Assembly (NCBI GenBank): GCA_002633005.1
Contig: NMRA01000757.1
Span: 1 to 64,000 of the forward strand
Direction: 5' to 3'
Length of the DNA stretch: 64,000 bases
Source: Phoronis australis
Lineage: Eukaryota > Animalia > Phoronida
This document shows positions 12,419-27,400 of the stretch, in pieces. The translations under genes and the position numbers were made by a program. Every line of letters begins with the position of its first letter. Within the stretch, counting starts at the first letter, position 1. The notes beneath the pieces were generated by a model. The model was not told the origin of the DNA. It ran no database searches and worked only from the letters and a program-made list of their open reading frames with translations.

Positions 12419-15400
12419 TTAAATGAAGATGAAGCTACTGGCATCTGTCACTTCATTACTATATGTGTCGCAAGTACATTCTTTATGCTGTGACACTAGT
12501 CGCCAACGTCCATGACAACTGCGCACCATGACTGCATCCCAACGTGTCTGTTGCCCATAGAGACCGTGTCCTTGGCAACGCGTACCGAGATGTTTACTCA
12601 TGGCAGAAGGTTGGCACTCGACGCAGATCTTTGCTCCCCTCTTGAGCACGTTGGCCCATTGGCGACGTCTCGTGGCTTTCTGGCAACCATAACGAGATCT
12701 TGTGACTTCATAGATGGCACAATAACTGAAACAAAAGCGGGACTTGTTAACTGCCGAGCTGTTTGATCAACAAATGTTTAATAAAGACAGTTTATTGAAA
12801 AGGCACTTGCTCTTTTACCTGAACAACTAAACTGAGAGTTGGAGAATACTGTCCATTAAAATTGTAAATAGACAATACTGTTGTGTCTTCGGTCTATGTT
12901 GTGTATAAGAGGCACTGCCACCAAACTTAACTAAGATTTCTTCATGATCAAGTTGCACTGAGATTTCAGATACATTAAGTTTTCAGAGCTCTTTAAAAAA
13001 TCTTAGGCATCATAACATTCAGTGTTATAGTCAATTTCCAAATTACTTCTGGAAACTTTGTGACAGTTGGATATATGTTCTTTAAAGGACCATGTTTTTT
13101 TAAGTTATAGGAACCTGTATTGAAACATAGTAAAGCCATTAAGAACTTAGCTTTTGGTCATTATGCTGTTTTTCAGAACCAAAAATAGGTTAATGACCAT
13201 GTGAGTCAACAATACTCTAACTGTTATGTAGGTATTATGATCTGGGATGTTTTGTGCTACTCCATAATCTAACTTATTCTGTAAGTTTATTGTGTAATTT
13301 AAAATGAGACTTATCTCTACAGTGACACCACTGTTCTCCAAGAGGTCCTCCTTATATATATATATATTTAAGTAGCTATATAACTCACCTTCTATCACAA
13401 AACACTGTTCTCCAAGAGGTCCTCCTTATATATATATATATTTAAGTAGCTATATAACTCACCTTCTATCACAAAACACTTCTCCAAGAGGTCCTCCTTA
13501 TATATATATATATTTAAGTAGCTATATAACTCACCTTCTATCACAAAACACTGTTCTCCAAGAGAGGTCCTCCTTATATATATTTTTAAGTAGCTATATA
13601 ACTCACCTTCTATCACAAAACACTGTTCTCCAAGAGAGGTCCTCCTCATATATATATTTAAGTAGCTATATAACTCACCTTCTATCACAAAACACTGTTC
13701 TCCAAGAGGTCCTCCTTATATATATATTTAAGTAGCTATATAACTCACCTTCTATGACAAAAAAACAACTTTTGATTGAGATCAGTTAGGGTCCATTGTG
13801 AAATCTTAAATTGTTCCTTAGTCAAAGCAGATGCGAGTTTTGGTCTTGGAAAGGACTAGCAGCTCATTAGTGCTTGAGATTGGGCTCTTATTAAAGTTGA
13901 ACTGTTAACATGTGTCATTTTATGTGCTGAGCATATTCTCGGGGACACAATGAGGTGTCAGTTCTTTGCAAGACCAAAAACCACTTCCCATCTGGAAGTG
14001 AGGGAAGGCAGGTTTATTTACACTTAGACAGATGTTTTATGATTATGAGGTGATGGTAGATTTAAAAGCTCTTTATAATCTGTTGAACCATTTCAAGGGA
14101 TAAATTCATTCACATTAAGTGATTCTGAATGGAAACAATACATGTACAGTTTCACTGGCATTTTAGGCTGAAAAATGCTTCTAAATTTGAAATCATTTTG
14201 TTTCATAAGTTGTCATCATGTAGCATATTCCATGCTGCACCACGCCCAAATACCTTGATTAACTAAGCTTGTATTATCCAGCCTACCACATCACAAATAC
14301 TTCAGTAATCCAAAACATATTGCAAAAGCGAAGTGATATTTTGTCTCACGTCAAACCGCATCTAATATTGAGAATGTTGAGGATAAAAAAGCTTTCTTCA
14401 ATTGAGGGCAGTCTGGTTTGAATCTGGTGACCTCAAGTGAATCTCTGGCAATGTGTGGGGGTCATTTGGAACAGATTGGGTCATGTTGTAAATGTGCTCA
14501 CTTGTAGTTTGCAACAGACTGGTGTTGTGTTTTGAAGTGCGGTACACCCAGACTGGGTGTTGTGTTTAGAAGTGCGGTACTCCCAGATGGAAGCGGAATG
14601 ACACAGTTTATTTGTACCTGTTCCGCAGCCAACAACGGACAAGTGTTCTTGACCCAGAATATTGCAGACAAATTTTGTACTTGTTAAAATTAAGCTTATG
14701 TGGGACCTAATTAAGCTTAATATGTACACATTAAGCCTATATGGGACCTTATTGAGCTTAATATGTACACATTAAGCCTATATGGGACCTTATTGAGCTT
14801 AATATGTACACATTAAGCCTATATGGGACCTTATTGAGCCTTGATATCTACAAAACTAGAATTCAAGTGTTTGAAAGTATGTATTTTCTGAAAGTAGAAA
14901 TCCCGTAGAATTTCGATTTTTTTACTTTATACCAGTGTACCATCTGTTAGGTCACACAAACATATCTTTTTTAAACTTACCAAAAAGAATAGTTACATTT
15001 TTGACAAAATAACAGTATCTTTAACACAACCAAATTTCATGTGACCTAAATATTTTGATGAATTCTCAAAAACCCTGGTACAGTTTTGTAAATTACCCTT
15101 TCATTTTTGCCTTACGCAACTTAAGAGTATCCTACTTTCTGCTCCTGGGACTCAAGAAGTCAAGTTTTATCTTGGCCATGTAATGACAAAGTAGGGAAAT
15201 ACTTTCAAACTGCTCGATTACAACTTATCAGGCAACAAATCAAAGTTCACAACCAGTTATCTTAAATTTTCAAATGACTGGCGTCTGCATTGATAGTTTT
15301 CTTATCTTGAGGAATAGTGTGTAAGATTGTATAATTTTAAAATCGTTCATATGCCAAGTAATTCACCAATAATTAAGACTAATCTGTGATGGCAATAAAT

Positions 15401-18400
15401 ACAAGATAACATCATGGCTGCCGTTTCATGTTGGCGGCCATAATCAGCCCAGGTGGCCAACAGGTGGATACACGAGACTGTTGTCTGCAGTTATGAGACA
15501 GTGGGAAATGGATAAGTGAATGTATCATTACACTGCTCATTCATTGCATGCATGCAGCTGCATACTTTTGACCTGACTAGTTTTTAAGGCCAGCTGTAGT
15601 GCGTGCTGAATTGTCCTTCTGGAGATCACGTGTGTGCATTCATTTCTGAAAATCTTGTTAAGTTTTGAATCGTGCAGCTTAGCTTAGGTTGACAAGGGGT
15701 TGCATAGTTGCCAACAGTCTAACATAAGTGGGTGGCTCCTGATAGCAATTCTCTAGGTAGGGTCTTATTTGTGTTATCTTCTAATTTTGAAATACAAAAG
15801 GTAAGTATGGAATGTGGTTGCAGAATTAAATGACTCGTTTTTTAAACGACTGGATGATCGTGATAACTGAAGGAGTGCACGAAGGAGGATTCAAATCTTA
15901 GCATCGCTCATGTTTTCAATTCAGGTTTTACTGGTAGTCAACACGGGCAGAGGAATTTCTTCACAATCTAAAGCCAGTTTATGAGGACATAATAACAACT
16001 TTCTAAGTCAATTCTGCCTGCAAATGTTTTAAACTGGAGAGCAGTGTGATCAAGCACAACTATATTTGGTAACTGATCAACAGGGCGCATACCACTCCTG
16101 CATTTTCACTAATAAGAAATCAGTAACCAGACATGTCTGTCTGAGGCTTAGGAATTCACAAGCAATGATTGGAAGAAAGTTATCTCCTTTCAGCCAAAGA
16201 TTTTTCAGCAGACAAGGTTTTAAAGATTACCTGTATCCATCATCATGGCTAGAAATTTCACTAAATGACTTTTAAAGGAAAATTATCGTTTATGGCGCCA
16301 AAAATGCAATTTTGCGATTATTATTGAGTAGGATAGACTTCTTGAAGTTATAGCTTTTACCCGAGCTATAAAATAACAAAATTTATTTTTTGGAATTTTA
16401 TTACTTTTCGCCAATTCATGCTGCTTTTCTAGCAGAGAATGTCTCTTTAAAGCAAACCGGTTTAATCAAAATTTCTTCCCAAATGCTCATGCTCTTCCAA
16501 ATATGACATCAATATTTATCAAAATAAGAAAATTTTCATACAGAATTTCAAGCTCATTGTTCTGGCAGACCTCCAATGAAATTGTGCTTCCTTTAAGAAC
16601 CAAGACAAACTGACATCACTAATGTTCATGCGCATCATATCTCTATTGATGCAATTCACTGAATTCACTTTAGAGACACATTGTAGAGCTAAATTTCAAG
16701 TATACCAGAGTGGCACATTCCTCGGTTCAAGACTCAGGTATTTTGTTAAAGTGACACGAAAAAGGTGACGTCAAGATTGTACGTGACACTTTGTTGATGC
16801 ACTTTCACTTTGCATTCATCAAAATGGCCGCCATGAGAGTTGAACAAACTCTGCTGCAGTAGAAGTTGACTACTAGTGGCAGATGCCAGAAGGATTAAAA
16901 CCACAGACACTCATTTGAGGAGTTCAGTTAGAGGGGAGCCTGCATGAGATGGGTCACTTGTCATGGACTGCAGCATTTGAAGTTTAAAAAAGCTAACCAC
17001 AAAATTTGATCTGCTTAATGCAGAGTGCCAACCTGACAGTCAATCTTGTGACAGTCAATCTTCACAGCTGGACTTTGGCATGTTTAAGGGACACTGGCCA
17101 GTGTTTTCTGGCTCTCAAACACTTGCAGTGTCAAACCTTAAGATAAAAAAACATTTGACTTAGATTGAACAAGGGTCAAAACATGGTCTTTGAGTTTCAC
17201 CTTATGTCACTTTCCCATTAGGGAAACTCTACTGCATCAGATCTGGCCTTACTTTGCCACGACTATCAACTGGTGACATTGCAGTTACCGGCAGTTCACT
17301 GGATTGGCCATCAGATGGCGTAGTCTAGTGTCACATGATTGTATAACACGTGTTACGACCTTTAGCGATTGTTCTCATTGGACTGGATTTAGAATTTTCT
17401 CGTGGCAGGGGAGTACTGCAACTCCGTAGTTTAATCTGTTTTGAGAAGAGTTGCACTGGGTTTTTAAGTTCGGGAGTTATTAGTAAATATTTTTCTACAG
17501 ACTGCAACTCCTCAAGACAAAACATTGGTGGGAAATTTGACCAATCATAACAATAGTCAAAGTTTTAACGTGCACCATTTTAGAATCGTTCCTTCCGACA
17601 AAAGCGAAATCATAATCCAGCAACACTCGCCCGTGAAATATATTGGTTTCCCAATATAATAGTCACATTAGCCGTGAACCAGTGATGTGCACACGCACTT
17701 TTGACATCAGTTTGTATTGTTCGGTATTTTTCAATTACACATAGGCCTACACTTTGCATTTCTTTGCTTATCATTACTCCATAGGTGGCGAGTTTAGCAC
17801 ACATGTCCAGTCGCAGCCTTTATCAAAAAACACGTCATTGATACTTACGCAGGTCTGTGGACTACTTTGTCTTGTTGGTACTTCATAAACAAGTTTTTGT
17901 TGATTCCTTTGTGAGCGTTGTACTTAGTATGGGCCCTCCATTGTTTAAATTTCATTGGCAGGATACGGGCGGTTTCTGAAAAGAAGGAGTCGATATTAAT
18001 TTACAGTGCACATAGGTAAAAGTTGCATATGTCATAAACTTGAATTTCTGAAGCCTTGCAGTTGTGTAAAGTTGATTTCTTTGGTTTTACACTCAGAAGC
18101 TCCAGTTTTATTTCGATTATTGAGTATTTTATTTTTTATCTACCTACATGCTGTTAATTAGATTTCTAATATTTTTTCATATCAGGACACTATGGGAGAA
18201 CAGTGTTGTTATACGGAAAAGGTTTTTAAGCAAGTCACTTACGGGCGCCTCGATTATGAGAGCCAGCTTGATACCCAAACTGGTTCTCAAAATTCAAGAT
18301 CCCATACTTGGATAACGGGTTTTTATACGGAATAAATATATCTCATTGCTACTAGATGTTAAGTCACGTCATATCTATCCTTGTGTTGCAGACCCATTTT

Positions 18401-21400
18401 GATTTAAGTCGTTATCATTCAAAAACCGCACTTGTAAGCAAATACCTGCATTTGTCAAGTATACAACATTGAAATGTTGTTTACAACATTGAACCGTTGT
18501 ATACTTTTGAACAAATACACAACATAGCAAAGCATTCAAATGTACAGTGTTGCCTTGTGCTTCCACTCATCTGGGAACAGTCATTGATTCCAGATGGAAT
18601 AGCAAATTTAAAATCACAGTATACCACACTTTCATTCTGGCTCAGTTTTGTGAACAGGGCTATATTAGCCATAGGCTTATCTCATGAGATATCAGCCCAA
18701 TATCTTTGGCAGGATGAGGCAGTGTATGTACAAAGGATAGAGATGTTTGGGAGACCACTTGAGGTATACAGATACAATGCAGCAGGAAGGAAGGGCAGTC
18801 AATTGTGGTCAACATGTAGTAGGAAGTACTTCAAATCATCAGCACATCAAATATACATTCCACTCATTTAGATACTCATGGCTCCAGGGAAGACAGTGGA
18901 TGATCTTGTTCGGGTTAGCACATAATGCTTCAGTGGTCCATAACTGGTTTTGTAGACCACTGCTCAAACAGTTGGCACGCAAGCAGTGTTGAATGTACCA
19001 TTTACCGTAATAGGCTTCAGGGTTGAGGGGAGTGAATTATGGTAACTTTGAAATGGTCGGCAGTTGTGGTAGTTTCTCTTCTTATTAGCACACAATATGG
19101 CATACGTGTGAAGTTTCATTTTGTCTAATTTATCAACAAAAATAAAGATTTAGAAAATAAATTCTATTTCATTTAAAATTGTTTTGCACTCTGTAGATGT
19201 CATCGTGCAACAATTTGTAATTTTTCTATTCTTTGCAGTAAAGTAATCAGCCTTTGAAAAATGGAACAATGGATATTTTGGCGATTATTTTTGCGCACTA
19301 AACGAATCCCAGGTAACCTGGCTTTCTTGACTTAATTCATAAGGCCAAAAAACAAAGTTGGTTTGGCTTTTTATCCTGGCTCATTTCAAGACTTGCGCTT
19401 ACTGAATAAAAAAAGGTTGACCACATCAATTGTGGCAGTATCTCGTTTTTTCGTTGACAAGTTGCACACAGGTTCATAAGTAAGGTTTGAAATGCATGAT
19501 TTGAAAAAGCAACACCAGCAAACAAATCCTGCATGGTTTTTGCTTGCCCGAAATGGATTCTCTCTAATAAAAAATTCCATGCCACAAACTAGATTTTCAA
19601 ATAAAAAACAGACCAGACACAACGGTTGTATCACTTCTGTTGGCACTTTGCAGATGATTTAAGTTACTGCGAGAAACTGTTGACATATTTGTGGCCACAC
19701 GGATTACTTTAAAGAACATCTATGTGCAGCGGAAGGAGGTCTGTGTTGGTTCTTGCACTTTACAAACAGTGAATGTGCGGATACAATTTTTTTTTTCAAA
19801 GCAATTCAGGTCGTGAGGAAACCAACTAACTGCAACCGAAAATGACCATTTTCCAGACAGCTAGCTCATATGTCAGGCACAAATGAGGCCACTGAAAATA
19901 GCTAGGGTATTTTGGCACTCATTCTAGTATGAATCTGTAGATGGCGCTTATGTCAATCATCATTTAACAGGTTGAAAGCTGGTGCCAAGACATTTTTCTC
20001 AGTACTGACCTCTTGGGTGCACACTCGGCTGACATGTAACAATGTCAACACTATGTTTGTGGCCAACAAACTATTAGGTCACAAACAGTTGCCACTGAGG
20101 GTGACAGACAGTCTAAGTGCTTGAACAAACATCTAAGAAAAATGCCTCATCAGTGAGAATGTACAACCCATTGTTAAAGAAGTTTTTGTAAATCACCAGT
20201 AGAATCCAGGCACGGGTTATCACAAAACCAGTAAATATTTCACAAAAAAACTTAAAATGACATCAGGAAATGCCAAATGCCCTAACTGGATAATGTCACT
20301 TCTCACTCTGCAAACCACAATGAGAAAGTGTTGGTACCTGTTGGGTTAGGTTGGTTGAACAAGAGCCATTCATTGTGATGTTTACAATGAGAAAAACAGC
20401 ACCGACTTGCCTTGCACTTTTTGTGAATGTAATTTAAATCGACAGTCCACTTGTCTGCAAATTTCCACCTGTGCTGCAGCAAAGTGTAACACCTATTTAA
20501 CAACCGTGGAGATTTCATCTGATGCTCAATCATGTGTCAGACTGTCTGGAATCTGGGAAGCCATACATGCACGCATATGCAATGTGCTGTCTACAAACAC
20601 AAAAATGTAACTGAATCCAAACTGCGGCAAACCGCTGATATGTCAGAGCAGGTTATTGCTGGTACACTGGAAGGTAGATTGATAACTCAGCAACAAATGT
20701 CAATCGAACCGAACGTCATTAAGTCGCATTACCTATTTCATCAAAACTGTTTTAAACGTGTACGTATTGGACAGGACGGTATGTGGTTCCACCACTGATA
20801 CATGCAACTACACGAACAGTCACTCCATTTGAGTATGCAGAATGGAAATAAAAATATTCCTAAACCTCTGAAGAATGTTATGCTAGGAGTTTTATAACAA
20901 TGTTAGTGTAGAGGATATCAGTCTGAGATAAAGGTGTGAACACACACTGACTTATGACATAGTGTGGATCAAGCTTAGTGTATCACAATCAGCATCTTCA
21001 AATGGTATTGTAGCCGTTTATCAACAGTGATTGTTCTCAGACAGAGTCAAAATTAAAATAAATATTTTGCAGTGCCTCAAGCATTTTTCTAGAATTGCTA
21101 TTAAATTACGAGTGAAGAATAACAGTGATCATTTGTAACAACACCATTTTGTCAACCAGGTTCCAGCACAATAGACAGGTCTCTGTGTAACCAATAGAAA
21201 ATAGTGTAGACAATTGTTACATGTGAAAGCAACTCATTTCCCAGACTGTCTCTGTCCTAGTACTAGTATGAGGGTGAGATCCAACAATGGACCATTTGGA
21301 CAATAATGTGAAACACATGTTATTGAAATGCTTAAGGGTAACCACAAGACTATTCAAAGTGCTCTAAAGCTCAAGTCCTAAAAGCCACAATCTGAAGAGA

Positions 21401-24400
21401 TGGAGTGAGAAATTTATTGTATAATTAATTAAAACTTATCAATTGGTAACTTCCTCAGGAAATTCCTTTCCCCAAGCTGGAGACTTAATTCTCCCAACCT
21501 GGCGAAGTACTGATAGATCAAGCCAGAGACACAATATGATTTCAACTGGAGTTGAAAGGTGATTAATTATGTAAACAATTATGGAAAATGTTTTTAGGAC
21601 AATATGCGCTTGAAGTCCAACCATTTTAATTGACTTAATAGAGGCAGCCAGGATAACCGAGTGAACAGAGACAATGCCAGTCCCACATCAAACCAATTGC
21701 TTTGCTACCCAAAGGGACATCATGGCTAGGGTCGCAGACACCACACAGTGTGACAATGTTAACTAGCTGTTGACTTAATTAGAACTAATAATATTCACCT
21801 CAAGCCAGTGCATAGACTGACTTTACAGTTTTGGGTTTTTAATTACTACGGTAATTTGGCCACATACGGTATACTTATGAAATTATGAACCAGGAAGTGA
21901 GAAAGTGTGTGTAATGGTACAGAGACACATTACTAGGGATTATGAACAAGACAGTGCAAAGGTTTAACACTTGTCAAGTCTAATTACCTTTCACAACAAG
22001 CCGTGATTCCTTGGATCAAACTCGACCCTCTTTGCCCTGGACAATTAATAATAGAGGAATGCTAATAGACATGTGGTATTTTCTGATCTGTTTTGCACAT
22101 GACAAATATACCCATAGCAGGTTTGTGGATAGCACAATCTTTGATCTTAAACATTTAATTGTCGCAATTTATTTCATAGCTGACAGGATTAAACTAGGAG
22201 CCAATATTTTGATTTTGGACTTCCCCACAGATGTTCAGCTATGAGTCATTCATTAAATTCCAAATATTTTATAATAATCTTGCACCCTTATCAGCCCTTT
22301 AAGGTTCTGGATAGGCAAGATAGCAGACTCAAGTTCATCTCAGGTATTTCCATTTGAATTCAGGAACGTGCCATGGAAGCCAAAATTGGCAACCACCTGT
22401 ACAGATCTTATCAAGTTTATTAGTCAGTAGTAGCTGATGAATTGATTTTTAGTTAAGTATTGACTAAACACAACTGTTAGGCTTCAAACCGACATTATTC
22501 TCAAACAAAAGCCATTTGTAAAGATTTCCCTCACAAGACAAGGATCGTGGTTTCCCCAGAGCTATTGATCAAATTTTGATATTTTCAATTTTGCAGTTAC
22601 ATGTACAATTACATATTTTTAATCAACAATAATAGCTCAAGTATGGCTGACTTGGAAATTACTTTAGAAAAACTGTTTGGGGACATCACTGGGACATGAT
22701 CTTTTTTGTCGGCCAAAAATAGTAATCAAGACACGATTCACAATCGTGGTGTAAGATGTCATTAAGATTAAGTTACACACAATATTGAGGAGCTTACAAC
22801 TCAAAACTTTGCACAAAATATTCTCACTGTCCTCAATTAAGAATAATTCAGTATCTATACCACTCTTAACTTTGTACAAAACATTCTCGACGTCCTCAAT
22901 TCACAAGCATTGAGTATCTATACTATACTACTCTAACTTTGTACAAAACATTCTCGATGTCCTCAATTCACAATCACTGAGTATCTATACTACTCTAACT
23001 TTGCACAAAACATTCTCACTGTCCTCAATTAAGAATCATTGAGCATCTATACTACTCAAATTTTGCACAAAATATTCTCACTGTCCTCAATTAACAGTCA
23101 TTGAGTATGTATACAACTCAAACTTCAGCTTTTGCACAGGAGTAACAGTCAAAAATGTCATTATCTATTTCTAAAACTATTATCTTGCTACTAATGGAAA
23201 CTTTGTGAAATGTTTTATGCACCACAAATCAAACTAATAATACATGAAAATTTCCTAGATCTTTATTCTTGTGGATCACAATATTTTGTGCTAATTAGGT
23301 TAAAAAGTACAATCCATTTAATATTTTGCTGTATCATTTTATTGTTTGGGTATGCCTAGGTGAAAATTGAGTTGACAAAAGGTACAGGATTTGTTAAATA
23401 AAAGTCTTTTGCGGGAGACCTTGAATTCCACTATGTGATTAGAGCGAGTATGGCAGGATCCCCCAGAGGCCAGACAGCGATAATTAACTTCTCGTGCAGA
23501 CAAAAACAAACACCACCAATCACTTGTCTGACTATTCATTTTAAGTTTTCTAAAAAGTAAAGAAAAAATCCATTTAAATTCCAAACGTTGAATTCCAAAC
23601 AGCTCACAATTTCGACAGCTCAGTTTAGCAAGCTATAAGATTTCGCAGTATTCATGAATGGCTTACAGGTGAAGGATTCCTTTGGCTTTAGGTTGCCTGA
23701 GGGCAATTCTTTTTGGTTGTATCTTTTGCAACATGACGCTAGTTTCCCCCACCCAACTTGTGTTTTATAATTTAGAGATCGATAGGGTGTGACAGCGATA
23801 AAAAATCCAACAGTTTAACATTTAGATGAAGAAATATGATATTTTTATGAATGGGTTGTATGTGAAATGTTTGGGAAAATCACTATTATTGTACTGGTCG
23901 TTATGGTGACAGATTATGTATGGCTTGTTAGAAATTATGGACACAATGATTTGGTGTTCTTAACAAAGTATTAAAGTAAAGCCTCTCCAAAAGACATTGT
24001 TACTCTATTTCATTGCTTTTGCATCGATTGAAATGTTTATTGTGGAAATTATGTGAAACTCGAACAAAATGAAAAAGCTTTATATACATTTGAAGAATAC
24101 ACACGTTTACATCTATATTTGTTTCAAAAACTCCATTTTGAAGTGAAACTCAATTTCCAATGCACCACAACACAGATCTAGCAAAATAGGATGGTAGTCT
24201 TGGATAAATTCTTGGCAAATGTAATGGTATTATTGGTATCAGGGGCGGATCCAGGATTTTGAGTTAGGGGGGGGCAGGGCAGAGTATTAGCCAGGATTTT
24301 GCCCGTCAGAAATTCGCAACCAAATGGAATCTGGAAGAATTTTAGGGGGGCCATGCCCCCTTGGCTCCCCCTCTAAATCCGCCAGTGGGTACATCATGTC

Positions 24401-27400
24401 CATGCTACCTACTGCACGCTTTCAGAGCAATTTATTTTGAATGCTCACAGTATTAGAGTCTCATAATACCGCAAGCTGTTAATAGGCTGCTGGCACTTGT
24501 TGGCTCTCATTATCAACACGTTTTTTGTGCATTTTTGTTTTTGATCAAAATGAGAAGCCGCACTAGCTCAGAGGATCTTGTGATTATTTTCCATGCAGTT
24601 ATGACGGCATGTATTTTAACAGGTGATCCAATGAGTGCTTTGCCGAGGTCAAGTGCCTAGAATTCCGTTTTCAGTAGGTAAGAGAGCACAAGTTCAAAAT
24701 GAACAGGAAAACATGGACTTGGGTGTGTTGTCCCATGTGTGGATCAGTTAAATTATGTTTGAATGCTTAGTGTACTATACACCTTGTTCACCCAGTTACC
24801 ATATTACAAAGAGCTTCCTTTTTGGTTTTACAAAAATGATGATTCCCTGTTTCATCACAGTGCAAAACGCTTTTTTTTCCGCGTGCATCGTTATCTTTGT
24901 AGTATGGGTTCACCAGTTTGGCTGAACCTTCAAAAAAGCTTCACTGTTAAAAACATTCCCTCCTACGCCTGTTGGTAGTTTTTGCTTAAGGAAATGGAAA
25001 TTAACTTCAATTTCAGCCAATTTTAACAGATTCAGCAACACAAGTGCGGACAGAAAGAGCACAGTATGTTATAAAGACTTCACACACTCAGAACAGTTCC
25101 CATCACCTTCAGATTTCTGTCTTGTGAACTAGTCCACAAGTGTCTACTTTACCAGTGTGTTTATTTATGCTCCTGGAGTATGTAATTTGTTCTAGGGCAA
25201 CTTAGGTGGACAGCACTTCAGGCACGTCTCACTAGTAAAATGGCGACTCTTTGGTACAGTCCTTCTGTAGGTTCATGTCAGAAATTTCGAAATGACATTC
25301 AAAAGTAACATCTGTTTTAATGGAACATGATTTTAAAAAGATTTGCCAATTCATTTGCACATATTTGTACAAATTTAGAATAGATGAAATTAAGATAATT
25401 TCAGAGTGCAAGGAGTACTGAACTTAAGATATAACAGTACTTACTGAACTTACATGTATGCAAAACAAGAATTTGTTTGAGTAAACTTAATGCCTGATAA
25501 AAAAACCTTTTGGCAACTTCATACTGTTCCAACAGGTGAGACTATTCATTCACTGTAATCGTCATGTCTTAATAACGCATTGCACCCATCAGCTTCGTTA
25601 GTAGCACTGCACATGACCAGGCTAATTTTTACACTGCAACAGACACTGTCAATAAATCATGGCTTAATTAGTTGGCCAGTGAGGCTGGTTGTTTTTCAAT
25701 GACTGGAGATCTGGTCATTGGGTTCAAGTAAAAAATAGGCAAAATAGAAGGCAGTCCTATGCACACAGGCACTTCTAATTAATGAGCAAGCCTTGCTCTA
25801 CCCATATTCCATATTTTCTATGTAGTTCAACAAACTTATTTGTCAACAAGTCTTCAGTACATTGTGTCACACAGGCTTTATATTGTTCACTTTAGTTTAC
25901 AAGGATACGTGACACTGGTTAATTATAGAACATTAATATGAAATCATGTTAAATAACACATTTAAATATTTCACTGCATCCCATAGCATTAGTTTTACAA
26001 AACCAATCAATACCAGGCTATCACACATATCCTGTGCCCTTTAATATTGGTGAATACCAAGTCACAGATTGTTATCTTTTATCATCGTGGCCAAAAACTA
26101 GAATTTTAATTGGATAATATAAACATTCCAGCCTTCCTGCCGGACCCTCCACCCTTAACTTTACAGGTTTTGTAAGAACCGAACACCCAATTTTCAAGGG
26201 TTCATGTGTATTGCATTATTTGATCAAAGAGAAACACTTGTGAATAGAGTTTACTTTATGTTTTTCTCAATAATGCTAAGGGTTTTCATTCATTTGATAG
26301 GATGGTCAAGCACCATTGAAGGCAATTAATGTACAAGTTTAAATGAGCCGAGAACAATTGTGCCACAATCAGAATAGTGATGAACTTGTGTGGTCTTTGG
26401 TTCCTTTGGGGGCAGCTTGACACTGAAACTGAATACTGCACTCAGGTGAACTGGCCGATGAAAGACCAACCATGCTATGCACAGAATATCTCATGAGGCC
26501 ACCCTTTGTTGGGCTTTGTTAGAGCTCAGCTGGCAAACCATTCAAAACACTACATTGCTGCTGAGGTATTGTGAATTTCTATTCCAAATGCTACAATTTT
26601 GTAGCAGAATACACAACAGTTTCAAAAATGTTTCTTATAAAAGGAACCTTCATTTTGTGCTATTTAACCTATTCCATGTCCAGGGCTTCAGTGTTGAATT
26701 GGAAACATGTTGAAATTTACGCCTGAGGAAAACTGCTGTATTTTCTCAATAATGTAAGGGTGTTTTAATACAAGACATGAGAAAAATCCCTAGCATTCGT
26801 TTAATGTGTGTCACAAGTAAGCAGTGATGCTTGTCAGTCGCTGGTATTTTTCTTTAGATCTATTTCCTTGGAATTGCTCAAATGAAATGGAGCCTGGAGT
26901 TGTTTGGCCATTTACCATGTACAGCCTTGATTGAGGGGAAGTTAACTTAAATTGACCTTGACAATGTGTGAAGTCTTCACAAGTGAAGATAAGAACTCTG
27001 GCTCCTAGTAAAACTGTGGGATATTAAATAGACCTAGGATTTATCAAAAATTAAAATCAAGTCGATAGCCAGACACTAATTGAAATACAATCTTTGGAAT
27101 TGAAGTGTAGTGGCTTTGACAATCGGTCATATTGTTCAAAGTGCTGTGTATTTGGAGTCACATGTCTGTATGCCAACTGTTGTATGACAGTTATTATAAA
27201 TCTTGATGTCCCAGCACACAGAGTGAATATAGTCTTGTGTTTACTCTGCAGGTCTCTAACAGGTCCCTCATTGTAATCCAGTGTTACATGACACAAGTCT
27301 GTCTGCCCCCAATAATGCATAGGCTATTGTCCTGGCCCAGACTGGAACAGCTACCTTGGAACATGAGGGACACTGTGCTAATCACAGATAAATGGAAATG

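Noticed and set aside
13147-13688. Repetitive ORFs (IEGELYSYLNIY)
   Set aside because: Translations of the minisatellite; units change frame with (TA)n length.
16276-16592. TTAA|AGGAA...TTCCT|TTAA, a possible third Kolobok-type MITE
   Set aside because: TIR match is only ~5 bp; not distinguishable from chance without other copies.
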